Source of the DNA: Cyanobacteriota bacterium
GTDB lineage: Bacteria > Cyanobacteriota > Cyanobacteriia > Cyanobacteriales > Nostocaceae
Reading direction: 5' to 3'
Assembly: GCA_046045965.1 (NCBI GenBank)
Contig: JBJOKS010000018.1
Location: forward strand, 1 to 64,000
DNA: 64,000 nucleotides
Of the stretch, positions 22,177 to 30,273 are shown in pieces. Positions within the stretch are counted from its first letter, which is position 1. Every line of letters begins with the position of its first letter. The position numbers and the translations under genes are program-made. The notes beneath the pieces were generated by a model, which was not told the DNA's origin, did not search any database, and was given only the letters and a program-made list of their open reading frames with translations.

Positions 22177-22548
22177 TTAGACCAAAACTAGCTTGAGTTC
22201 TGCAAGAACACGTTTAATTTCTAGCATTAATACCCCCTGTTTAGCTGTTTCACTAGCCAAAACCAGGAATACTGCATCTTCACCACAACCTGTTAAGATA
22301 CCAAAGCCTTTCTTGCCTTCTACAAAGATGCGATCAACTGTGCCTCTAGCTAACTCAATACCTATTCTTTCACCTAAAGACAGCATAGATGCTGACATTG
22401 CTGATACCCGTTCTTCGTCCATTGCACCGGGTAAACTTGTGGCTAAAGGTAGACCATCTGGGGTAACAAGTGCTGCTCCTTGAACATCTGTTGTAGCAGC
22501 TACAAAGTTTTGTAAAATCAGACCCAATTTTTCTGTGTTAATTGCCAT
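22177..22548 (-). CDS. Roadblock/LC7 (MglB-like) protein
   Basis: VQGAALVTPDGLPLA...RVSAMSASMLSLGERI. Confidence 0.92.
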   Translation of the reverse strand: MAINTEKLGLILQNFVAATTDVQGAALVTPDGLPLATSLPGAMDEERVSAMSASMLSLGERIGIELARGTVDRIFVEGKKGFGILTGCGEDAVFLVLASETAKQGVLMLEIKRVLAELKLVLV

Positions 22549-22647
22549 AATAATTTATTCTCCAGGTTGCTTCAAATTTGGTCGTGAGTAGGAAATTTAT
22601 TCCTGATTACATAAAGTCTTGATCTGTGATTTAAAGTTACAGATTTT

Positions 22648-23118
22648 TTAGTCTCGGTTTGTAAATTCAAATACGTCGTGATTACCGCCTCTGAGGACTG
22701 ATTCAGTATGCACTCCCCGTAAACGTTTGCTAAGTATTTCTTCTAATGCTCCCCAAACCGCGCCCAATGTAAAGGTACACTTGCGTTCTGAACCCTGTGG
22801 TTCACCTGCTGAACAAACTGTTTCAGATGTGTATACTTTAATAGTATCACCCTCTTTAACAATTTTATCAATTATGCAAAGTCTGGTTCCCTCTTTACCT
22901 ACGGCTAGGGCTAATTTGGCTTGTGCTACATCCAAGGAATCTACAGATCCTGATAAACCCAAACTTGCAGCTATTTGTTTGCCCCGTGCGCGTCCAGCTG
23001 TGGTTAGGGCAATGGCTGTGGCTTTTTCTCCTAAAGCTTCTTCCATGCCGATAACTACTGCTTTGAAACAAACTATGCTGTTGAAATCTCCTAGTTGTGG
23101 TCTTAGTAATTCTGGCAT
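22648..23118 (-). CDS. V4R-domain small-ligand-binding protein
   Basis: GMEEALGEKA...AGRARG, ETVC...KCTFTLGAVWGALE, RGGNHDVFEF. Confidence 0.7.
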   Translation of the reverse strand: MPELLRPQLGDFNSIVCFKAVVIGMEEALGEKATAIALTTAGRARGKQIAASLGLSGSVDSLDVAQAKLALAVGKEGTRLCIIDKIVKEGDTIKVYTSETVCSAGEPQGSERKCTFTLGAVWGALEEILSKRLRGVHTESVLRGGNHDVFEFTNRD

Positions 23119-23575
23119 ATAATGTACTCCATTCTAATTCAACTAAACTGTATTTTTACGTAGAGTAGAGAAAATCTATTTTGGCTGTTTTTATCTCTCC
23201 AATGTAGATATTCTTCACAATTTCAACGTGTAAATTTATGCTTTGTTTGTCGAGCTATGCCTCATTTCCTTTTGAGTTCATTATCTGGGATTCAAAACTA
23301 AGATCACACCGTAATACTACTGAAATTAGGTTTCTTTATCGTTAACATAAGTTACGTTTATGTGAGTCAATGCTCATTTATGGGTTAGTGCTTAGAAGAC
23401 TATATATAGCTGTCATTGTGTTCCGAGAAGATGCAAATTTATCTGTATGAAGTTGGTATGAATGTTTTTAAAATCATCAAAAAAATACTTAAGCATAATT
23501 TTAACCAAAAAATAATTATCAGCAATAATTCTTAGTAAATTCAATCATTCAGTCACAAAATAGATCAGAGCATTT

Positions 23576-24229
23576 TTAGTACAAAGAGGAAAAATAAGTA
23601 TTAGCAAGAATAGCAGCTTGGGTGCGATCGCGCAAATTAAGTCTACTTAAAATGTTAGTAACGTGATTTTTAACTGTTCCCTCAGAAATGTAGAGTTCTT
23701 GGGCAATTTCTCGGTTACTAGCACCTGTAGCAATTAATCGTAAAACCTCTTTCTCTCTAGGTGTTAATTCGGTTAAACTCGGTGGTACAGATGGTGTGAG
23801 GTTGGGTGCTGGGGATGGAAACTGAGTCAGCAGTTTTTTGACTATTCCCGGACCTAGTTGAGAATATCCTTTATCAACAGCGCGAATAGCAACAGCTAAC
23901 TCTTCTGAGGGTGTATCTTTGAGTAAATAACCCATTGCACCATTTTGTAATGCTGCTTTGACATATTCATCATCATCAAAAGTTGTTAATACCAAAACTT
24001 TCGTATTTGGAAACTGTTTGTGAATTTCTCTTGTTGCTGCAACTCCATCCATAATAGGCATTCTAATATCCATTAAAACTACATTGGGTTGCAATTTTTC
24101 CACTAAATTAATAGCAATTTCACCGTTTTCGGCTTCTCCAACTATTTCTAAATCTGGTTCTAATTCTAATAATGCTTTTAAACCTTGACGAATTAAACCT
24201 TGATCATCTACAAGTAAAACTTTAATCAT
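23576..24229 (-). CDS. NarL/LuxR-family response regulator
   Basis: VLMDIRMPIMDG, LTPREKEVLRLIATGASNREIA HTH. Confidence 0.95.
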   Translation of the reverse strand: MIKVLLVDDQGLIRQGLKALLELEPDLEIVGEAENGEIAINLVEKLQPNVVLMDIRMPIMDGVAATREIHKQFPNTKVLVLTTFDDDEYVKAALQNGAMGYLLKDTPSEELAVAIRAVDKGYSQLGPGIVKKLLTQFPSPAPNLTPSVPPSLTELTPREKEVLRLIATGASNREIAQELYISEGTVKNHVTNILSRLNLRDRTQAAILANTYFSSLY

Positions 24230-24234
24230 GATTT

Positions 24235-25434
24235 TTACCTAGTTGAAGGAATAGTAACTATAATTTTACAACCAGCACCAGGAGCAGAGTTAATTGTAAA
24301 TTCTCCACCTAATGCTAAAGTGCGATCGCGCATACTTTGTAAACCGAAACCAGTTGTATTTTGTGTGATATCAAAACCTTTACCATTATCTTGAACTCTT
24401 AATTTTATAGCCTTGTTTGTTGTAGTTAGTTCTAGTTGTACAGATGATGCTTTTGCATATTTAGAAATATTGGTAAATGACTCTTGAATAATGCGATAAA
24501 TGGAAATGCTCATTTCTGGGGGAAGTGGATATTCTAGAGAAATTAAACAAGTTGGTAAAATCCCATTGGCACGTTGAAAGTCTGCTGCTAAAATAGTAAT
24601 AGCCTGTGCTAAAGATTGTGATTGTAAAGGGTGCGATCGCATAGTAGAAACTGATTGACGCACATCCTGTAAAGCTTTTGAACCAAGTTCCTTAGCAGTT
24701 GCTAAAAAAGTCATTGCTCTAGGTATATCAGACTTAGAAAGTTTTAATGCTGTTTCTAATTGTAGATTTAAAGCTGTGAGAGAATGTCCCAAAGAATCAT
24801 GAATTTCCCTAGCGATGCGATTACGTTCTTGTAAAGTTGCTTGATTTTCAATTTGCAGAGCATATTGGCGCAGTTTTTCATTAGCAAGAACTAGTTTATC
24901 CCGACTTTGACGCTCGGATAAAACTGCATTCATCAAAAGTAAAACGAATACTAAACTTAACCCAAATAAAACCGCTAAACTAAAACTAAAAAATCTGAAT
25001 TTTTCTTGTACTATTAGTGGTAATCTATGAGGTGGAAACCGACTTTTCAGTGTCATTAAAAAAAAGATAAATGATAAAAAAGTAACCGTTAACCGCCCTG
25101 GTAATTGAAAAATCAAGCAACTGCGAGTTACCAAAATTAAGTATAGAAAAGGAAAAAGTCTAGCTGTTCTACCACCGAAAAAACCAGTAATTAAAATTAA
25201 AAAAACTTCCGTGGCTGTATATATAATTTTGCCAACATGATTACTGGTAGGTAATCTTAAACCCATCAAACCAAAAACAGCCAAACTACAGATAGTTAAC
25301 TCTGGAAATCTGGCGGCAAATTTTGGTGATGGTGAGGGCATAATTACTACTAATACAGACAACCCCAGTAATACCCATTCTAAATAAAGCAGAAACCGAA
25401 ATGGATGATTATTAATTTGGATAGGACGAGACAT
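24235..25434 (-). CDS. Membrane sensor histidine kinase (HisKA_3 type)
   Basis: ERNRIAREIHDSLGH, QESFTNISKYA, DNGKGF, GFGLQSM; multiple TM segments. Confidence 0.93.
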   Translation of the reverse strand: MSRPIQINNHPFRFLLYLEWVLLGLSVLVVIMPSPSPKFAARFPELTICSLAVFGLMGLRLPTSNHVGKIIYTATEVFLILITGFFGGRTARLFPFLYLILVTRSCLIFQLPGRLTVTFLSFIFFLMTLKSRFPPHRLPLIVQEKFRFFSFSLAVLFGLSLVFVLLLMNAVLSERQSRDKLVLANEKLRQYALQIENQATLQERNRIAREIHDSLGHSLTALNLQLETALKLSKSDIPRAMTFLATAKELGSKALQDVRQSVSTMRSHPLQSQSLAQAITILAADFQRANGILPTCLISLEYPLPPEMSISIYRIIQESFTNISKYAKASSVQLELTTTNKAIKLRVQDNGKGFDITQNTTGFGLQSMRDRTLALGGEFTINSAPGAGCKIIVTIPSTR

Positions 25435-25463
25435 AATAATTCATAATTTATAATTCATAATTG

Positions 25464-25499
25464 AAGCAGAAAACAAAGCAGAAAACAAAGCAGAAAACA
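25464..25499. repeat. Tandem 12-mer (AAGCAGAAAACA)x3
   Basis: Three exact copies. Confidence 0.85.
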
Positions 25500-25547
25500 C
25501 TGCTGACTTTTGAATTTGATTATCCTATATATTGCCCAGATTGGCAT

Positions 25548-25563
25548 CATGACTAAAGTCATG
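25548..25563. promoter_or_regulatory. 7-2-7 inverted repeat, candidate operator of the adjacent NarL regulator
   Basis: CATGACT-AA-AGTCATG between the divergent kinase and Spy/CpxP genes. Confidence 0.6.
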
Positions 25564-25651
25564 GGTGTAGATGTGACTATTTACTCATGCGCTGATGGGG
25601 GATGATTTCATATCATGGTGATATCCAACCGAGAGAAAAACAAGGGAATTT

Positions 25652-26134
25652 ATGAAAACTAAAACATTATCACTGATAGCTGCTGCTTTTGCTCTAACTT
25701 TAACAGCAACCCCCTTTGTAGCGCAAGCACAAGAAACCTTTCCTTCCCGTCAACCAGGTAAAGAATTTGCAGAAAAAGGTCCTTGGAAACAGTTAGGACT
25801 AACAGATGCACAAAAAGCCAAAATGCAGGAAATTCGCCGCAATACCCGTGCAGAAATGGAGAAAGTTTTGACACCAGAACAAAAAGAACAGTTAAAAGCT
25901 GCAATGCAAGAACGTCGGGGACAGCGTTCACAAGGTGAAGGTAGAGGTAAAGGGAAGAAAAATAATCCTTTTGCTTCCTTGAATTTAAGTGAAGCACAAA
26001 AAACCCGGATGCAGGAAATTAAAGAATCATCAAAACAACAAATGGAAGCTGTTTTAACACCAGCACAACGGGAACAAATGAAACAAATACAGCAGAATTG
26101 GAAATCTCGTCGTCAACAAGGTAATTCTATTTAA
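25652..26134 (+). CDS. Spy/CpxP-family periplasmic chaperone
   Basis: Signal peptide (AQA), repeated LTDAQ/LTPEQ/LSEAQ/LTPAQ motifs. Confidence 0.88.
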   Translation: MKTKTLSLIAAAFALTLTATPFVAQAQETFPSRQPGKEFAEKGPWKQLGLTDAQKAKMQEIRRNTRAEMEKVLTPEQKEQLKAAMQERRGQRSQGEGRGKGKKNNPFASLNLSEAQKTRMQEIKESSKQQMEAVLTPAQREQMKQIQQNWKSRRQQGNSI

Positions 26135-26244
26135 TAAAGGTGACAGGTGATAGGTGACAGGTGACAGTAAATAATTCATTACCTATTACCTATTACCCAT
26201 AGAGGATGTTTGAAAAAGTCTTATTTTGTCATGATTTGGTGTGG

Positions 26245-27603
26245 TTAAGAATTAGTTAGAGGTTTATTTTTTTCTAAGTTTTGGATATTTAAAGTTCCAG
26301 GTATTTGTATCGTTAATACAACCATAATAGTTGTCATGTAAGAAACAAGAGTTGCCCATAGTAAATGGTTGTTGTGGAAATACCAGGCGGCGATCGCTAA
26401 AGGCGAAAAACCCACGAAAAAAGCCAGTAATACAGCATTTCGTAGACTTGCACCAGCCTTTAAACCGATAAAGTAACCTTCGAGAATAAAAGCGATCGCC
26501 GTAATTACCAAAACAGGTAACAACCAAATTGTATATTCAGAAATGTGGTTATTAACTTCTGGGTGATTAGTCAACAACCCAAAAACCTGATCGGGAAAAA
26601 CAATAGATATAAAAGCAAATACGAAAGCGAGCGCTAAAGCTGCAACCATAGACACAGTTAGCAATGGCATCATCTGCTTTTGATTTCCCTTACTTTTAAA
26701 ATTGCCGATTAGGGTTTGCGTTGTCAACCCCACACCTTGAACTGCAAACTGACTCAAAAAAGCAATTTGCAATAGCAACCCATTTTGAGCTAACACATCT
26801 GTTCCTAGCACCGCACTCAGATTAGTAAAGATAGAATAGGCAGAAATAAGTGCTACAAATCGAATCAGAATATTACTCTTGAGAACAAAAGTATCTTTAA
26901 GTGCTACCCAATCAAAAATTTCTTGTAGTGCTTTAGGTAACACTTGCCACTGAATACTCAAACCAACACCAACCAAACCAACTCCCAGCGCCAAATACTG
27001 ACTTAAAGCCGTGGCTAAACCCGCACCCATGCTTTCCCAACCCCATTTAACAATCATTAGATAGTCAAGCAAAACATTAGAACCATTACCAATAATAGAC
27101 ATCAGCAGCACGACACCATTCATTTCCCGTCCTAAAAACCAACCAAAAAGGACAAAATTCAGCAAAACAGCAGGTGCGCCCCAAATACGTCCGTAAAAAT
27201 AATCAACCCCAGAAACTTCAATTTCAGGAGAACCACTTAACACAAAAAAACCAAACTTCTGTATAGGATATTGCAGCAGTAGAATCACTAACCCCACAGT
27301 TAAAGCAATCAAAGCACTGCGTAAACCAGCCAATAATACAGCTTTTGGTTCATCTAGTCCCGCAGCTTGAGCAGTCAGAGCATTGGTACTCGACCGCATA
27401 AATTTTAACACCCGATAAAGGTAGTCAAAAAGGATAGTTGCCAAAATCACCCCAGCCAGATGACGGATATCTGCCAAATGTCCCAAAAAGGCAATATCCA
27501 CTAACCCCGCAAGGGGAACCATCATATTAGACAATACACTTACACTTGCCAGCCGAGAAAAGCGGGGTAAAAAATCGTATTTAGTTGAAACTACTTCAGG
27601 CAT
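26245..27603 (-). CDS. MATE (DinF-like) efflux transporter
   Basis: PLAGLVDIAFLGHL, GAGLATALSQY, about 12 TM segments. Confidence 0.9.
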   Translation of the reverse strand: MPEVVSTKYDFLPRFSRLASVSVLSNMMVPLAGLVDIAFLGHLADIRHLAGVILATILFDYLYRVLKFMRSSTNALTAQAAGLDEPKAVLLAGLRSALIALTVGLVILLLQYPIQKFGFFVLSGSPEIEVSGVDYFYGRIWGAPAVLLNFVLFGWFLGREMNGVVLLMSIIGNGSNVLLDYLMIVKWGWESMGAGLATALSQYLALGVGLVGVGLSIQWQVLPKALQEIFDWVALKDTFVLKSNILIRFVALISAYSIFTNLSAVLGTDVLAQNGLLLQIAFLSQFAVQGVGLTTQTLIGNFKSKGNQKQMMPLLTVSMVAALALAFVFAFISIVFPDQVFGLLTNHPEVNNHISEYTIWLLPVLVITAIAFILEGYFIGLKAGASLRNAVLLAFFVGFSPLAIAAWYFHNNHLLWATLVSYMTTIMVVLTIQIPGTLNIQNLEKNKPLTNS

Positions 27604-27723
27604 AACATTTCGGAATTAAATTGGGACTAATCTGATTTATTCCCATTATTCAAATATATAGATATAGAATGAGGCAGATCCCTGTTAAAAGTGAGAAATG
27701 TTGTAATTTCTCAATATTTCCAA

Positions 27724-27966
27724 ATGTCTCAAGAATTCCCTATTGGTAGTAAAGTCCGTGTCGTCACATTACCACCCTACGTCAAGACCGCTGACCCTAT
27801 GCCTATGTTACGTCCCCCTGATGTGATTAGCATTGGGGAAGAAGGTATAGTTATTGATCGTCGTCCTGGAGGATATTGGGGTGTACGCTTTGCTGGAGGT
27901 GCTTTCCTTATAGATACTCAATACATTGAAAGTACAGAAAATGCTTCTGCACCTGAGCCAGAGTAA
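27724..27966 (+). CDS. sipA: NblS/Hik33-interacting protein SipA (DUF3148)
   Basis: PPYVKTADPMPMLRPPD...GGYWGVRF signature; start taken at ATG 27724. Confidence 0.88.
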   Translation: MSQEFPIGSKVRVVTLPPYVKTADPMPMLRPPDVISIGEEGIVIDRRPGGYWGVRFAGGAFLIDTQYIESTENASAPEPE

Positions 27967-27999
27967 ACTTAATATAAGTTAATATTCCGGGGGAGCAAA

Positions 28000-28557
28000 A
28001 TGATTTCACGTCGCGCTTTTATCAGCATTTTCTTGGCTAGTTGTTTATCCCTGATCAGTTGCTTAAACTTTACCCCCACTGCTGATGCTTTGGGTGGTAA
28101 ACTACCTGCAATTAACCAACCAGCGCCTGATTTTACCTTACCCACCAACACAGGAGATGGTAAAATATCCCTTTCTGACTTGCGTGGTCAGTGGGTTGTT
28201 TTGTATTTTTATCCCAAAGATTTTACCTCTGGTTGTACTATCGAAGCGCGGCGTTTTCAACAGGACTTACCCAAATATCTCCAAAAAAACACTCAGATTA
28301 TTGGTGTCAGTGCGGATGATATTGATTCCCACGCCGAATTTTGTGATTCAGAAGGGCTAAAATTCCCCTTGTTGGCGGATACTGATGGTGCAGTTAGTAA
28401 AGCTTATGGTTCTTGGATTGGCTATGTATCTATGCGTCATAGTTTTATCATCGATCCCCAGGGTATGATCCGGGATACTTTTGTCAAGGTGAATCCTAAT
28501 ATTCACAGTACAGAAGTTTTAGCACGACTGGAAAAACTACAATCAGGTAATGGGTAA
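28000..28557 (+). CDS. Peroxiredoxin of the BCP/PrxQ family with export signal
   Basis: YFYPKDFTSGCTIEA active site; SRRAF N-terminal leader. Confidence 0.92.
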   Translation: MISRRAFISIFLASCLSLISCLNFTPTADALGGKLPAINQPAPDFTLPTNTGDGKISLSDLRGQWVVLYFYPKDFTSGCTIEARRFQQDLPKYLQKNTQIIGVSADDIDSHAEFCDSEGLKFPLLADTDGAVSKAYGSWIGYVSMRHSFIIDPQGMIRDTFVKVNPNIHSTEVLARLEKLQSGNG

Positions 28558-28637
28558 TAATGGGTAATAGGTAATGGGTAATAGGTAATGAATTATTTAC
28601 TGTCACCTGTTCCCTGTTCCCTGTTCCCTGTTCTAAC

Positions 28638-28780
28638 TAAGTAAGTAGGCACGAAAAAACCAAGCAAGTACAAAAATGTAAAATGGCTAAAAACCTCTTC
28701 CCTCCTGCCTCCTGCCCCCTGCCTCCTGCCCCCTGCCTCCTGCCTTGCCCTAACGACAATTTTTAACGCCTACCTACTTA
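28638..28780. mobile_element. MITE-like element, family B (TA-ended)
   Basis: TAAGTAAGTAGGCACGAAAAA versus reverse complement of the right end TAAGTAGGTAGGCGTTAAAAA (17/21); internal (CCTCCTG)-type repeats. Confidence 0.65.
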
Positions 28781-28823
28781 TAAAATTTATTTTGCACGAC
28801 TATTTATGAAGGTGCTTTTACAG

Positions 28824-29693
28824 ATGAATCACGATCCTTTTATTGTACATCCAGGGGCTAAGATTTCTTTAAAAGATGATTATGACCCAACTTATAAAGC
28901 AGAGTTTCATGAAAAAGCTGATGCACAAAGAAAACTAAAAGCAGGTATTAAACAACTTGCTAATTATCAAGATATTCTCTATGCTCAAAATACTTATGCT
29001 TTGCTGATTATTTTTCAAGCCATGGATGCGGCTGGTAAAGATAGTACCATTAAACACGTTATGTCTGGGGTAAATCCTCAAGGATGTCAGGTTTTTAGTT
29101 TCAAAGCGCCTAGTAATGAAGAATTGGATCATGATTATTTATGGCGTTCGATGAAAGCTTTACCTGAACGGGGAAGAATTGGTATATTTAACCGTTCATA
29201 TTATGAAGAATTACTGGTGGTGCGCGTACATCCAGAGATTCTAAAAAAACAACAGCTTCACTATGTTCCTAATGGTAATCAAATATGGCACCAGCGGTTT
29301 GAGGAAATTAATAATTTTGAAAAATATTTGGTGAATAATGGGATTATTGTCCTCAAGTTTTTTCTCAATGTCTCGAAACAAGAACAGAAAAAACGTTTTT
29401 TAGATAGAATTGAATCACCCAGCAAACATTGGAAATTTTCAGCCAGCGATGTGCGGGAACGTGGTTTTTGGGATGATTACATGATAGCTTACGAGGATGT
29501 TTTTAATCATACTAGCACTGAATATGCTCCTTGGTATATTATTCCTGCGGATCGCAAGTGGTTTACACGGTTAATTGTGTCAGAGATTATTTGCTCAAAA
29601 TTAAGAGAATTAAATTTACAATATCCTACTGTTAGTGAAGAGCATCAACATAAGCTTTTAGAAGCTAAGAAAATATTAGAAAGTGAAACTTAA
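28824..29693 (+). CDS. ppk2: Polyphosphate kinase 2 family protein (class III-like)
   Basis: [32 protein letters not shown]; start taken at ATG 28824 after GAAGGTG. Confidence 0.9.
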   Translation: MNHDPFIVHPGAKISLKDDYDPTYKAEFHEKADAQRKLKAGIKQLANYQDILYAQNTYALLIIFQAMDAAGKDSTIKHVMSGVNPQGCQVFSFKAPSNEELDHDYLWRSMKALPERGRIGIFNRSYYEELLVVRVHPEILKKQQLHYVPNGNQIWHQRFEEINNFEKYLVNNGIIVLKFFLNVSKQEQKKRFLDRIESPSKHWKFSASDVRERGFWDDYMIAYEDVFNHTSTEYAPWYIIPADRKWFTRLIVSEIICSKLRELNLQYPTVSEEHQHKLLEAKKILESET

Positions 29694-29738
29694 GCTTAAA
29701 GGAACTCTGCCGCGATCGCCTTTGAATTCTAATGTCTA

Positions 29739-29954
29739 TTAAGTCAGGATCAGCTTCAAGCTTGCATATCGATGGTCTTGTTTTTGTTTTTGATTCTTTT
29801 TTGGGATGGGATTTAAAATAGCCTTTACCAAAGAACTTGAAAGATTTTTGTTAATCACAGGCATTTCTTGCCAGCAGGAGCGACAAAACCAGTAACTTTG
29901 CGAATTACGTATATGTTTTAAAAGTAGGTCAGAACAGCAAGGACAGTAATTCAT
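29739..29954 (-). CDS. Small zinc-ribbon hypothetical protein (71 aa)
   Basis: MNYCPCCSD...YWFCRSCWQEMP; has its own upstream box and -10 element. Confidence 0.7.
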   Translation of the reverse strand: MNYCPCCSDLLLKHIRNSQSYWFCRSCWQEMPVINKNLSSSLVKAILNPIPKKNQKQKQDHRYASLKLILT

Positions 29955-30063
29955 ATTCAGTAAATCCTTTTTAATCAAAAAGTTTTTTATCCCCAGTAGC
30001 CAGTTGATGAGCCGAGCAGGATTAAAAACAGCGTTTTTATATATATAATGTAGTTTACAAATG

Positions 30064-30080
30064 TGAGGAAGTTGTGAGGA
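30064..30080 (-). promoter_or_regulatory. TCCTCA direct-repeat box, copy 1 (zinc-ribbon gene)
   Basis: TCCTCACAACTTCCTCA on the minus strand, 11 nt before TACATT. Confidence 0.8.
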
Positions 30081-30156
30081 TTCTTGAATTATCAAAATAT
30101 AGCGTAATATTCCAAAATAAAGTACCCATATTTACTTTACAGTTCGTCACATTTTA

Positions 30157-30173
30157 TCCTCACAAGTTCCTCA
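30157..30173 (+). promoter_or_regulatory. TCCTCA direct-repeat box, copy 2 (ppsA)
   Basis: TCCTCACAAGTTCCTCA, 11 nt before TATAAA. Confidence 0.8.
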
Positions 30174-30273
30174 AATTTTCTGTGTATAAAAATAATTGTG
30201 ACGATCAAAAGCAGAACGGGTTACTAAAAGCTTTTTAATCAAAATATTTGTAGGTTTTAAAGGACTCAAAAAT

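Noticed and set aside
22727..23122. 131-aa plus-strand ORF and similar antisense ORFs (e.g. 22193, 33411, 17757, 59959)
   Set aside because: Shadow or alternate-frame ORFs of well-supported genes, with no recognisable motifs.
23212..23228. Possible sixth TCCTCA box (TCTTCACAATTTCAACG) upstream of the V4R operon
   Set aside because: Only 12/17 match and in the wrong orientation for the operon.
26200..26233. TAGAGGATGTTTGAAAAAGT as an IS/MITE end
   Set aside because: Resembles a repeat terminus, but no partner end or transposase was found.
30144..30204. TCGTCACA/TGTGACGA inverted pair as a CRP-type site
   Set aside because: The arms are 45 bp apart and in the wrong order for TGTGA-N6-TCACA.
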